Source of the DNA: Alphaproteobacteria bacterium
GTDB taxonomy: Bacteria > Pseudomonadota > Alphaproteobacteria > Rs-D84 > SZUA-605
Length of the DNA: 64,000 nucleotides
Direction of reading: 5' to 3'
Assembly (NCBI GenBank): GCA_031549385.1
Contig: JAVBPW010000002.1
Span: 34,271-98,270 of the forward strand
The notes beneath the pieces were generated by a model. That model saw only the letters and a list, made by a program, of their open reading frames with translations, was not told the DNA's origin and did not search any database. A program made the translations under genes and the position numbers. Positions 48,190 to 57,614 of this stretch are shown here, piece after piece (positions within the stretch are counted from its first letter, which is position 1; every line of letters begins with the position of its first letter).

Positions 48190-48789
48190 TTATTTATTAT
48201 TTTCTACAAACCAAGTTGCAAATATATTTAAACTTCCTTCTGATTTTCCACCAGAATAGTATTGATTAACTTCGTCTTCTGTCATTTCTGCCATTCTTTT
48301 TTGAAATCTTTCAATCCAAACAATCTTCCATAAAACAGACCAAGCCAAAGGTGAATCTACTTTACTAATTTCATTAGCAATTGATACTTCACCACCTTTT
48401 CTGTGGAATTGATGTTCCTGACCATTAACATCAATATATGTTGCAGTACTTACAAATTTAGCATTTCTATTTTCAACGCCATTCATCAATTTTATAATTC
48501 CTTCTGCCCCCAAAGTTTGATTTATATATTTAGTATAAACTCCAGGAAATCCTTTTAATGCTTCAATTGCAAAACCGCCATCTTCTACTAAAACAGGTTC
48601 TTTTAATTGTTCAAAGGCCTGTCTTGCTTTGAATAGTGATACTTCAGAAAAGTTATCAGCTTGAGGTTCAATCAAATTCAAATTCAAATTAGTAGGAACA
48701 ATTTCAATATCAGAACGACCCAAACTTACAAAAAAGTTTTGTAATGTTTTTGCTTTTCCTGCATTTGAAGTAATTAAGTGTATTTTCAT
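48190..48789 (-). CDS. Non-canonical purine NTP pyrophosphatase (Ham1/ITPase family)
   Basis: LITSNAGK, KARQAF, VEDGG..I.ALKGFPGVYTK; the C-terminal SHR motif is not conserved. Confidence 0.8.
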   Translation of the reverse strand: MKIHLITSNAGKAKTLQNFFVSLGRSDIEIVPTNLNLNLIEPQADNFSEVSLFKARQAFEQLKEPVLVEDGGFAIEALKGFPGVYTKYINQTLGAEGIIKLMNGVENRNAKFVSTATYIDVNGQEHQFHRKGGEVSIANEISKVDSPLAWSVLWKIVWIERFQKRMAEMTEDEVNQYYSGGKSEGSLNIFATWFVENNK

Positions 48790-49097
48790 TAATCTATCCT
48801 TTTGATTTGAACCGCAATTAGTCCATATTTATTTTGTTCTTTTTCAGAAAACCATTTATTTAAATGTCTTCTTAAATTTTCTTTATCCATATTTATTTTT
48901 GCAGCTTTAATATAGCTTGTAATTTTATTACTACTATTAATATTGTTTTTATTTAATAAATTATTTTTTAATAGATTATTTGTTGAATTTGATCTGCCAC
49001 CATGAGTTGAACAGCTTCGTTGGTAAGCAGATATCTTTTTACCATTTCTAGTATGGGAACTAACTGAAATAGTTCCACTACATTTATTTTTAGACAT
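48789..49097 (-). CDS. Small hypothetical protein (possibly a fragment)
   Basis: Stop overlaps the ITPase start (TAATG); first gene after the repeated promoter. Confidence 0.45.
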   Translation of the reverse strand: MSKNKCSGTISVSSHTRNGKKISAYQRSCSTHGGRSNSTNNLLKNNLLNKNNINSSNKITSYIKAAKINMDKENLRRHLNKWFSEKEQNKYGLIAVQIKRID

Positions 49098-49110
49098 AAT
49101 GTTTCTTTTG

Positions 49111-49235
49111 TTTAAAATTAGTTAATAAAAAAGACCACGGAAACCGTGGTCAAATTAGATATAAAAAATGGACGCAATTCGCCCATATAACTAAAAAATA
49201 TTATACAATATTTTTATTAAAAAGTCAAGGAAATT
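49111..49235 (-). promoter_or_regulatory. Repeated promoter + structured leader/terminator, copy 1
   Basis: Minus-strand TTGACT (49228-49223)-N17-TATAAT (49205-49200), then hairpins TGGGCGAATTGCGTCCA and GACCACGG-TTT-CCGTGGTC-TTTTTT; homologous to 62063-62187. Confidence 0.8.
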
Positions 49236-49350
49236 TTATAGACAAACCGCAATCAGCATTTATGTTGTTGCACTTCTCTGTCATCTCAGAAATTTGTGAA
49301 ACGCAGTTTTGAGCAAATATTCGAGGGATCTAATTCGCTGAAACCTAAAG

Positions 49351-49521
49351 TAGTGACACCGCCAAATTCGCCATTGTATGTAAGTTGAGCAATTTTAGCT
49401 AAAAAGCCATACCAAAAAGGCTTACAGTATCAATATTTGAAAAAATATCGGCTGTGAGTGGCTGTGTGTGCGGAGTGGTTGAAATAATAAAAATCTCGAT
49501 ATTCAAGAATTTAAATGGTAG
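49351..49521. repeat. Junction repeat J2 (folded module + type B arm + TGGTAG core)
   Basis: Closely similar to 62208-62380; core at 49516. Confidence 0.9.
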
Positions 49522-49658
49522 TTCGCTCAAGATTCGAATTTGCAACATCAAAGGTATCTTTGCCTTTACCAGCCTTGATTTGCGAGACTTTAGGCGATTT
49601 GTGGCTAGGTTATGAAATTTACCTCAATCTTGCCAAAGACCACAAAAACATCGCCTAG
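49516..49658. repeat. Right-arm repeat P', copy 1 (tRNA-3'-end mimic + hairpins)
   Basis: Homologous to 60838-60979; first 34 nt match the tRNA-Pro 3' end at 22/34 positions without gaps. Confidence 0.85.
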
Positions 49659-49860
49659 GAATTGAAATTTACGTATCATAAAAAATCTCTGTTTTGTATC
49701 AAAAAATGATTTGATTTAGTTATTATTGAAATACGTATAAAAATTCTTTCTTGTATTTAAATATAAGATAATAGATTTGTTTGTATTATAATGTTGATTA
49801 ATTGCTTTATTTGTATTATAATACATATAAATAATATTAAAAAATAATAAAGGGATTTAT

Positions 49861-50958
49861 ATGGGTAGCTTTGTATTAAAAAGATTTCCTAAGATTTTAG
49901 ATGATTTTCCTAAAAATCAAGATACTTTTGCTGCAGAAAATAAGCTATCCAGATATGACGGTATGGTGGAATTTGTATATTCTCCGGAAATATTAACCTC
50001 TATATTATTCTATCAAGAATCTGTTATGTCATCAAGGCTGGAAGGAACAGTTGCTACAATAACTGATATTTTAAATTACAAAGTTGGTAAAGACCTTTCT
50101 GAAAGAATAGAGGCAGATGCAACAGAGATAGAAAATTATAAAGATGCTTTGGGATATTGTATAAAAGAAGTAGAAGACAATAATTTTGTTATAACTGCTT
50201 CCCTTATTAAAAATATACAAGCTATTTTATTAAATCAATCAAGAGGGAAGGATAAATTAAAGGGAAAATTTAAGGAAAAACAAAACTATATAGGAAATAA
50301 ATTTGATGGAAAAATAACATATACTCCTGTTTCCCATTTACATACAGAAGAATATATGAATGAATTAATAAATTTTATAAATTCAAATACAAATATGAAT
50401 CCTATAGTAAAGATTGCTTTCATACATGCTTATTTTGAATTAATACATCCTTTTGAAGATGGAAATGGACGTGTTGGGAGAATATTAATTCCAATATTGT
50501 TAAAAAAGTATGGAGTTTTATCTACACCTTATTTTTATATAAGTTATTATCTGTCAAAACATAGAAATAATTATATTAATTCTCTTGAGGCAATTTCTAA
50601 GAATAATGATTGGGAAAAGTGGATAAACTTTTTTATAGAAGTAATAGAAAAGCAAACAGATATGCTTATAAAAATGCTTAGAAGATTAAAAGAAATTAGG
50701 AAAGAAACAGAAGATAAATTATCTTTATTAAAATCTCAATTTAATATTCAAGTCTTAAATTTCTTATTTAGAAGGATTAAATTTACTACAACAACATTTA
50801 TAAAAGAAACTGGACTAAATGGTAATACCGCTAGAGCTTTGTTAAAGTCTATGGAAGAAAATGGAATATTGGAAACTGAAGAAAGAGGTTTGGGACAAGC
50901 TCCGTCAATTTATAGATTTGTTGATTTATATAAAATGGTTGAGGAAATTTCAGAATAA
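49861..50958 (+). CDS. Fic family protein with C-terminal winged-helix domain
   Basis: SSRLEG inhibitory helix; canonical HPFEDGNGRVGR; palindrome TGTATTATAATACA (49812-49825) upstream may be an operator. Confidence 0.92.
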   Translation: MGSFVLKRFPKILDDFPKNQDTFAAENKLSRYDGMVEFVYSPEILTSILFYQESVMSSRLEGTVATITDILNYKVGKDLSERIEADATEIENYKDALGYCIKEVEDNNFVITASLIKNIQAILLNQSRGKDKLKGKFKEKQNYIGNKFDGKITYTPVSHLHTEEYMNELINFINSNTNMNPIVKIAFIHAYFELIHPFEDGNGRVGRILIPILLKKYGVLSTPYFYISYYLSKHRNNYINSLEAISKNNDWEKWINFFIEVIEKQTDMLIKMLRRLKEIRKETEDKLSLLKSQFNIQVLNFLFRRIKFTTTTFIKETGLNGNTARALLKSMEENGILETEERGLGQAPSIYRFVDLYKMVEEISE

Positions 50959-50996
50959 TATTTTCGAGGTTCTTTGTATTTGTAAAATCATTTTAA

Positions 50997-51026
50997 TTGA
51001 CTTTTGCAATAATTTAACCATATAAT
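50997..51026 (+). promoter_or_regulatory. Sigma70-type promoter of the trpS leader
   Basis: TTGACT-N18-TATAAT. Confidence 0.65.
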
Positions 51027-51049
51027 ACGTTTATAAATAAAGGAATAAA

Positions 51050-51091
51050 ATGATTTTTAAAAATTTATGGTGGCAAGAAGTAATTAAATAG
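51050..51091 (+). CDS. Trp leader peptide MIFKNLWWQEVIK
   Basis: AAGGA RBS; tandem TGG TGG codons; lies upstream of trpS. Confidence 0.8.
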   Translation: MIFKNLWWQEVIK

Positions 51092-51193
51092 GCGCTTATG
51101 GTTGTAAGCGCCAGTGGCTCTTGCAATCCTTTTAAAGATAAATACCCGTGGTGTTGCAATAGCATATCACGGGTTTAATTTTATCTAAAAGGA
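51091..51193 (+). promoter_or_regulatory. Attenuator hairpins of trpS
   Basis: GGCGCTTA/TAAGCGCC stem (51091-51112); long stem 51127-51193 in which TCCTTTTA pairs with TAAAAGGA covering the trpS RBS. Confidence 0.75.
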
Positions 51194-51201
51194 GTAAAAA
51201 G

Positions 51202-52191
51202 ATGAAACAAAAAGTAATGTTAACAGGCGTAAGACCTAGCGGAAATATAACGTTAGGGAATTATTTAGGAGCTATTAGAAACTTTGTAAACAAACAAGAT
51301 TTATATAAAAGCTACATATTTATAGCAGATTTGCACGCAATAACTTCATACAGAAATCCAGTTGAATTAAAAAATGCGATTTACGATTGTATAAAAATGT
51401 ATATGGCTTGTGGAGTTGATATAAATAATACAATAATCTTCAAACAAAGTGATGTTTTGGAGCATGGAGTATTGGGATTTATTATGACTTTTCAAACAAG
51501 ACTTGGAGAGTTATATAGAATGACACAATTCAAACTTCAATCTCAAAATATTGGAAAAGACGGAATAGATACGGGGCTTTTGATTTATCCTACTTTAATG
51601 GTGGCCGATATTTTACTATATGACACTGATATTGTTCCAGTTGGTTTAGACCAACAACAGCATGTGGAATTATCGCGAGATTTATCACAAAGGTTTAATA
51701 ATAAATATGGAAAAACTTTTAATGACCCTGATGTTTATATAACTCCAATTGGTAATAAGATTTTGAACTTGCGAAATCCAAATGAAAAAATGAATAAATC
51801 TGATAATGGGGATAATATGGGAACTATATTTCTTATGGATGATGTAAAATTGGCTAGAAAAAAGATAATGTCAGCAGTAACCGATAATGAAGGAATAGTT
51901 AAATTTGATTTGGAAAACAAACCTGGAATTTCTAATCTTATTAGTATTTTATCTTGCATAACAAATGAACCCATAGAAAGTATTGAACAAAAATTTGAAA
52001 GTAAAGGATATGCTATTTTCAAGGAAGAAGTGGCAAATATGGTATGTAATTTATTATCTCAAATACAGAAAAACTATAAAAAATATGACAATAATATGGT
52101 TGATGAAATTTTAGCAAATGGGGCAAATCAAGCAAGAATAAAGGCTGGCGAAACTTTGATTAAAGCTAAGGAAAAATTAGGGCTAAGTTAA
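51202..52191 (+). CDS. trpS: Tryptophanyl-tRNA synthetase, bacterial type (island-borne)
   Basis: TGVRPSG.ITLGNYLGA, ADLHAIT, YPTLMVADILLY, VPVGLDQQQH, KMNKS. Confidence 0.95.
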   Translation: MKQKVMLTGVRPSGNITLGNYLGAIRNFVNKQDLYKSYIFIADLHAITSYRNPVELKNAIYDCIKMYMACGVDINNTIIFKQSDVLEHGVLGFIMTFQTRLGELYRMTQFKLQSQNIGKDGIDTGLLIYPTLMVADILLYDTDIVPVGLDQQQHVELSRDLSQRFNNKYGKTFNDPDVYITPIGNKILNLRNPNEKMNKSDNGDNMGTIFLMDDVKLARKKIMSAVTDNEGIVKFDLENKPGISNLISILSCITNEPIESIEQKFESKGYAIFKEEVANMVCNLLSQIQKNYKKYDNNMVDEILANGANQARIKAGETLIKAKEKLGLS

Positions 52192-52192
52192 A

Positions 52193-52360
52193 GTAGTCAC
52201 CCCTCTGGTTTAGGGTATTGTATGTAAATGGTATAAAAATCACAAAATTTAGATTTTGGAAAGGCTTACAGGGCGACTACGTGAGCGGAAAGCCCGCAGA
52301 AGTCCGGCGGATTGGGGAAATAAAAAAGCCTTGCATACACAAGGACAATTTAGTGGTCGG
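52193..52360. repeat. Junction repeat J3 (folded module + type A arm + TGGTCGG core)
   Basis: Closely similar to J1; core at 52354. Confidence 0.9.
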
Positions 52361-52921
52361 CAACCAAATAAATCTGCGACATTTGAAAATACTTTAGAAA
52401 TGTCTAGATCAGGTGTTGGTCCATTATCTACATTAGCATGTCTTAAATATTTAGGTATTGAAGGATACCAAAAGAAACTTGGAAAACTTCTTGATACTTC
52501 AATTTATTTAAAGGAACAGTTAGGGCTTTTATCAGAAAATCAAAATTGGGTATCTGTATTTGTTTGCATTAAACCTGATTGGATGAAAGATATGAGTTTA
52601 AATAACTTACAATGTATGTCAGCGGAGCAATTAAGTATATTAAAGCAATTAAATACTGATTTTGCTAATTGGATAAAAGAAAATAATTTGAGAGGTAATT
52701 GTCCTTTTACATTTACTGCATCAAGTGTATGTAAAATTCCAAATACTAATATTGATATTGGAGCTCTTAAATTATATCCTATGTTTTCTGAATTTGATAA
52801 AGATTATGTTGATTTATTTTTACAACAATTATCGGATAAATTAAAAGAATATAAAAAAATTAATAGGATAATTAAAGAGGATAAAGATATTCATTTGGAC
52901 CCTGTTTATAGAAAAGTATAA
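52354..52921 (+). pseudogene. 3' fragment of a PLP-dependent (group II) decarboxylase, truncated at junction J3
   Basis: NTLEMSRSGVGPLSTLACLKYLGIEGYQ resembles the post-PLP-lysine segment of group II decarboxylases; the ORF-track start (52256) lies inside the repeat. Confidence 0.65.
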
Positions 52922-52945
52922 AAATCATTTTATTTAATTTTTATA

Positions 52946-52974
52946 TTGACTTGTTAGTAATAATATATTAAAAT
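52946..52974 (+). promoter_or_regulatory. Sigma70-type promoter of the tRNA-Tyr/rSAM operon
   Basis: TTGACT-N17-TAAAAT, 11 nt before the tRNA. Confidence 0.7.
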
Positions 52975-52985
52975 CCCTAACACCT

Positions 52986-53070
52986 GGAAAGGTGGCCGAG
53001 TGGTTAATGGCAGCAGACTGTAAATCTGCCCTCTCTGAGTTCGTAGGTTCGAATCCTGCCCTTTCCACCA
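52986..53070 (+). tRNA. tRNA-Tyr (GUA), bacterial type (G1:C72, long variable arm, encoded CCA)
   Basis: Acceptor GGAAAGG/CCTTTCC-A-CCA; anticodon arm GCAGA-CTGTAAA-TCTGC; variable stem CTC/GAG; T-loop TTCGAAT. Confidence 0.96.
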
Positions 53071-53090
53071 TTTTATAAGGGGTTTTCATT

Positions 53091-53963
53091 ATGCATATAA
53101 ATATTGCCGTTGGAAGATCTTGCTTTTGTAGATGTCTTGGTTGTTGTAATCACTTTTGTAGAGATGAGAAATTATTAGAAACTAAATATATAATATCTTT
53201 TTTGGAATATTTAAAAAATAACAATATTAAGTATATTACATTTTGTGGAGGAGATCCTTTATCTAGACCAGATATAATGGAATTGTTGATAGAAACTAAA
53301 AAACTTGATTTTATTGTTTCTGTTGATACTCTTGGAACTCCTTTGATAAAAGCAACAGAGACTATTTTTCATGGAAACTGCAAAGTGTCTAGATTAGATG
53401 TAGAAAAAATTTCTAAATTAATTGATTATATAGGAATTGCATTAGATGGAACTACATCTGAGACAATATCTTTTTTTAGAACAGGAAGAAAAAATATTTT
53501 TGAAGAACAAATTAAAATAATAAATTTGTTTGATAAATTGGATAGTAATATATGTATAAACACTGTAGTTCATAGGAAAAATATAAAAGATTTAGAAAAT
53601 ATGCCTTTTATAATTAATAGATTTAAAAATATAAAGCAATGGGAGTTGTTTCAATATATGCCTATTGGAGATTTAGGGTATAAAAATAAGGATTTATTTG
53701 AAATTACAGAAACAGAATTTAAAGATTTTTGTGAAAATTTATCGTTTAAATTGGAAAAAAGTTTTAAACCTGAGGTGCAATTTAAGAGTCGTTCAATTAG
53801 AAAAAATAAGTATATGTTAATTAATACTGATGGTTCTGCTTATTTTCCTAATATGACTAATACGCAGGATTGGAACGTCGTAGATACTTCTAATAATGTA
53901 GTTGTTATTGGAAATATAAAGAATAAAGATGATTTTCATAAAATCGTTGAGTTTATAAAATGA
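53091..53963 (+). CDS. Radical SAM protein (no SPASM domain; viperin-like size and layout)
   Basis: CFCRCLGC (CxxxCxxC), ITFCGGDPL, IGIALDG, INTVV, WELFQY. Confidence 0.85.
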   Translation: MHINIAVGRSCFCRCLGCCNHFCRDEKLLETKYIISFLEYLKNNNIKYITFCGGDPLSRPDIMELLIETKKLDFIVSVDTLGTPLIKATETIFHGNCKVSRLDVEKISKLIDYIGIALDGTTSETISFFRTGRKNIFEEQIKIINLFDKLDSNICINTVVHRKNIKDLENMPFIINRFKNIKQWELFQYMPIGDLGYKNKDLFEITETEFKDFCENLSFKLEKSFKPEVQFKSRSIRKNKYMLINTDGSAYFPNMTNTQDWNVVDTSNNVVVIGNIKNKDDFHKIVEFIK

Positions 53964-54589
53964 AAAAAATTAAATACATAGATATTTTTGATAAAAAAGA
54001 ACTTCCTGAATTAGTTGAAGGATATAGATATTTGGATTTTATTGGTGGAACAAAAAATTATAGATATTTTATAGTTCCCTTTAATACTCCTAGATGTGAA
54101 TTATTAAAAAATAATATTAATTTATTGGACGCATGTTTAATACCTATTTATGAAAAAGAAGGTGTAGTAATTAGACAAGACCCATCATATCCATTACCGG
54201 GGTTTTATATTTTAAGTTATGAAAAACAATATAGTGCATTTGATTTAATTGATTTAATGACGCATTTAAGAACTTCTTTTTTATTACATTATATAAGAAA
54301 AGGTATGAGGAAACACTTAAATATAAAATATATTCATTTATATTATGATGAACAGATTCAAAAATCATATAATGTTCATTATTGGTTATTGCCGGTTCAA
54401 GAAAAGAATTCAAAAAATGTAAAAAAAATATATGACTTAGAATTAAAAAAATATCTTGAAAAATTTGAATATCAAACAGAAAAAGATATCATATTAAAAT
54501 ATAACGATATTATGAGAAAATATATAAAAAATATAAAATTAGAAGAATTAGATTCTAATTTTATGAAATTACTTAAACAAGGAATATAA
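53960..54589 (+). CDS. HIT-like nucleotide-binding protein
   Basis: IRQDPSYPLPGFYIL and NVHYWLLP resemble HIT-family motifs, with a degenerate histidine triad. Confidence 0.6.
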   Translation: MKKIKYIDIFDKKELPELVEGYRYLDFIGGTKNYRYFIVPFNTPRCELLKNNINLLDACLIPIYEKEGVVIRQDPSYPLPGFYILSYEKQYSAFDLIDLMTHLRTSFLLHYIRKGMRKHLNIKYIHLYYDEQIQKSYNVHYWLLPVQEKNSKNVKKIYDLELKKYLEKFEYQTEKDIILKYNDIMRKYIKNIKLEELDSNFMKLLKQGI

Positions 54590-55227
54590 TGTTAATAGTT
54601 TTTGATGGGCTTGATGGAGTTGGTAAAACTACTTTAGCTAAAGAAATAGCTAAAAAATTTGAAGCGAAATACTTTAGATGTTTTCTTCCAAATGATGAAA
54701 TGAAATTAAAAACATTAATAAATAACAAAGAAAATTCAATAAATATTCATAAAAATAGTATTAAATATATAGAAAAAAGATGTTGTAAGATTTTATCTTT
54801 TTTAAAATCTAATAAAAATGTAGTTTTAGACAGATATATATATTCAAGTATTGCCTACTATTATGCTATAACAAAAATGGAAAAAAATATTGTGAAAATA
54901 ATAGATTACAATGATTTTAATTTATTAAAACCAAATGCAAGTTTCATAATCTTACTAGATGCTAAAAATATAAAATATCGTAGCAAAAATAAATTATTAG
55001 ATAATACAGATAAATTAAGTATTTATAATAAATTTTTTATAAAAAATGTAACAAATTGTTTCAATTTTTTTCAAGAAACAGAGGATATATTTTTTATAAA
55101 AAATAATAATAATTTAAATAAAACAATATCAAAAATATTAGATATACTAAATAATGTTAAAGATACTAAACCTAATTATTGGATTGGGGAAGAATCTATA
55201 AATAAAATTTTATTTAAGCTTAAATAA
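54589..55227 (+). CDS. Thymidylate kinase-like nucleoside monophosphate kinase
   Basis: IVFDGLDGVGKTT P-loop; VVLDRYIYSSIAY. Confidence 0.85.
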   Translation: MLIVFDGLDGVGKTTLAKEIAKKFEAKYFRCFLPNDEMKLKTLINNKENSINIHKNSIKYIEKRCCKILSFLKSNKNVVLDRYIYSSIAYYYAITKMEKNIVKIIDYNDFNLLKPNASFIILLDAKNIKYRSKNKLLDNTDKLSIYNKFFIKNVTNCFNFFQETEDIFFIKNNNNLNKTISKILDILNNVKDTKPNYWIGEESINKILFKLK

Positions 55228-55258
55228 AAAAAGACTAACATTCATGTTAGTCTTTTTT
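55225..55258. terminator. Bidirectional terminator shared by the kinase and tyrS2
   Basis: AAAAAAAGACTAACAT-TC-ATGTTAGTCTTTTTT. Confidence 0.85.
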
Positions 55259-55259
55259 A

Positions 55260-56459
55260 TCAGCTTTTTTTTAACAAGAAAAATCCCAATTTTCCAACTC
55301 TTAATCTTAGATCTGTTTCTGCATTGATTAATTCATTTTCATTGGTAATTTTTTCTTCATTGATACTTACTGCGTTTTGTTTCAGTAACCTTCTTATTTC
55401 TGAATTTGATAATTCAGGTTTAGCTTTTTTAATAGCTTGCAGTAAAGAGGTTCCTTCATCAATTAAAATAACAGGAGCGGTTTCAGGAAAAGATTTGTTT
55501 GAAAATGTCATCAGAAAAGCTTCTCTTGCAGAATCTGCAGCTTCTTTCCCATGAAAAATTCTAACAACTTCCCAAGCAGTAAATACTTTAGCATCTCTAG
55601 GATTATTCTTTATGTTTAATGCCTTAATTTCATCTAAAGGAACGCGAGTATCATTAATAAGTACTGGTTCTATCATTTGATCTGTAAGGGACATAATTTT
55701 TCCAAACATATCCTGAGCGGTCGAATTTAAGAAAACACCCGTGCCATTCGATTTTGACATAAGTTCCCCTGTGATAGGATCTTCCATTAAGTTAACAGCT
55801 ACAACGAACTTTTCCTTATTTTTAAGCTTTTTTATTAGGGTTCTTCCCATTAAAGCATTAAAAACTTGGTCTGTTCCGCAAAGCTCTACATCAACATCTA
55901 ATGCAACACTGTCATATCCTTGAAATATAGGATAGATAAATTCGCTAAGATGCACTGGCCTATTTTCAGACATTCTTTTTTGAAACATATCTCTTTCCAA
56001 CATTCTTTGAACTGTTGTAGTAGACAATAATTCAATTAATTCTGAAACGGACATCTTGTCGAACCATGTACTATTTAAAACCACTTTAGCAGGATTGATA
56101 GGATCATCAAAATTTATGATACCTTTTATTTGATTTACCCAGCTTTTGATATTTTCCCTAGCTTTTTCTCTAGTTAAAATAGTTCTAGCAGAAGTTCGAT
56201 CACTAGGATCTCCAATACAGGCAGTCAAATCACCGAATAACACAAAAACCTTATGTCCCATCAATCTAAATTCTTCAAGCAACATAAAATTCTTTGCATG
56301 GCTTAAATGAAGAGAGTCACCTGTAGGATCAGCCCCTATGTAAAACTTCATAGGTTTATCTGATAATAAGCGTTCCTTAAATTCACTTTCAGAGGGAATA
56401 ATTTCTTTTATTATTCCTCTTGATAAGATTTTTTCGATTTTTTCTAATTTATTTTCCAT
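55260..56459 (-). CDS. tyrS: Tyrosyl-tRNA synthetase, bacterial type (second copy)
   Basis: YIGADPTGDSLHLSH, IGDPSDR, YPIFQGYD, ELCGTDQVFN, LMSKS, C-terminal S4 domain (SNSEIRRLLKQNAV...RVGK). Confidence 0.95.
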   Translation of the reverse strand: MENKLEKIEKILSRGIIKEIIPSESEFKERLLSDKPMKFYIGADPTGDSLHLSHAKNFMLLEEFRLMGHKVFVLFGDLTACIGDPSDRTSARTILTREKARENIKSWVNQIKGIINFDDPINPAKVVLNSTWFDKMSVSELIELLSTTTVQRMLERDMFQKRMSENRPVHLSEFIYPIFQGYDSVALDVDVELCGTDQVFNALMGRTLIKKLKNKEKFVVAVNLMEDPITGELMSKSNGTGVFLNSTAQDMFGKIMSLTDQMIEPVLINDTRVPLDEIKALNIKNNPRDAKVFTAWEVVRIFHGKEAADSAREAFLMTFSNKSFPETAPVILIDEGTSLLQAIKKAKPELSNSEIRRLLKQNAVSINEEKITNENELINAETDLRLRVGKLGFFLLKKS

Positions 56460-56573
56460 GTTTATTTATATATAATTTTTAGCCTTAAAAGTCAAGACAA
56501 TATATTATTGAATAAATGTTAAAATATCAATAAAAAAGTCAATTATTCTCCACAAACCACGTTGCAAATATAT

Positions 56574-57614
56574 TTAAACTTCCTTACTTACAAATTTAGC
56601 ATTTCTATTTTCATAACCATTAACACCTGCATAATCCCATACATTTGTACGATAGCGACCATGTATACCCAGTTCTACATTATTTATATGTGAAGCCGCT
56701 CCATGCTTATAAACAAAAACTAATTCATGTTTTGAACGATAAAAAGAACCCATTCCACCAGATGTTTTATTCCAAACACAAAGATTTTTCATCTCTGTAT
56801 AAATTTGTTCACAGGCTGTTGTCATTTCCATAATATGTCTCCAGTCCATACAAATGTAATGAAGAGAACCATCAGTGGAATAATTGGTCAAATGACCGAA
56901 AACATTTTTCAAAAAATCTGTAAATTCATCTTGTGACATTTCACCACTTGCCATAGCAAATTCATCATGCTTTGTTTTTCCTAGCCCGCAAACATGACCA
57001 GTTATTTTAACATTATAAGGTGGGTCAGTAAAAATCATTTGAGCTTTATCTTTTCCCATTAAAATAGAAAAACTTTCATCTTTAAGACTATCTCCACAAT
57101 ATATTAAGTGATTTCCAAGTTGCCATAAGTCACCAAGTTTACTAACAGTATTCTCTTCAATTTCAATGACTTCATCCATAGGGTCTTTATCTTCACCATT
57201 AATATTTTGAATCATAAGGTCTATTTCTGGTAGCTCAAAACCAGTTACTTCCAAATCAAAATTTAGCTCTAAATCAGATAAGTCTTTAAGTTCTAAACTT
57301 AAAAGGTCTTCATCCCAACTTCCATTTAACGTAAGCTTATTATCTGTAATTCTGTAGGCTTTCTTTTGGGATTGTGTTAAATGGTCTAAAATAACACAAG
57401 GAACTTTTTCTAATTTTAGTTCTCTTGCAGCTAACCATCTCCCATGTCCTGCAAGTATTTCATTATTTTCATCAATTAAGATTGGGTTAGTAAAATCAAA
57501 AGTTTCAATAGAAGAAACTATTTGGCATACATGTTTATCATTATGAATACGAGCATTTTTTTCGTAAGGTTTTATATCTTTTACGGCGATATAGTTTATT
57601 TTTAATTCTGGCAT
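56574..57614 (-). pseudogene. ParB-N-domain DNA methyltransferase (N6/N4), C-terminally truncated
   Basis: PYEKNARIH, AGHGR, TDNKL (ParB/Srx); FTDPPYNV motif IV; ends soon after NVWDYAG with no HPT/FxGSG SAM-binding motif. Confidence 0.8.

Noticed and set aside
52256-52353. N-terminus of the 221-aa ORF in the track
   Set aside because: It is translated repeat sequence; the same ARRSPADWGNKKALHTQGQF appears in the 60743 ORF
52986-53070. tRNA-Tyr as the island integration site or as a suppressor tRNA
   Set aside because: No duplicate of its 3' end was seen, the junction cores match tRNA-Pro, and the anticodon is ordinary GUA
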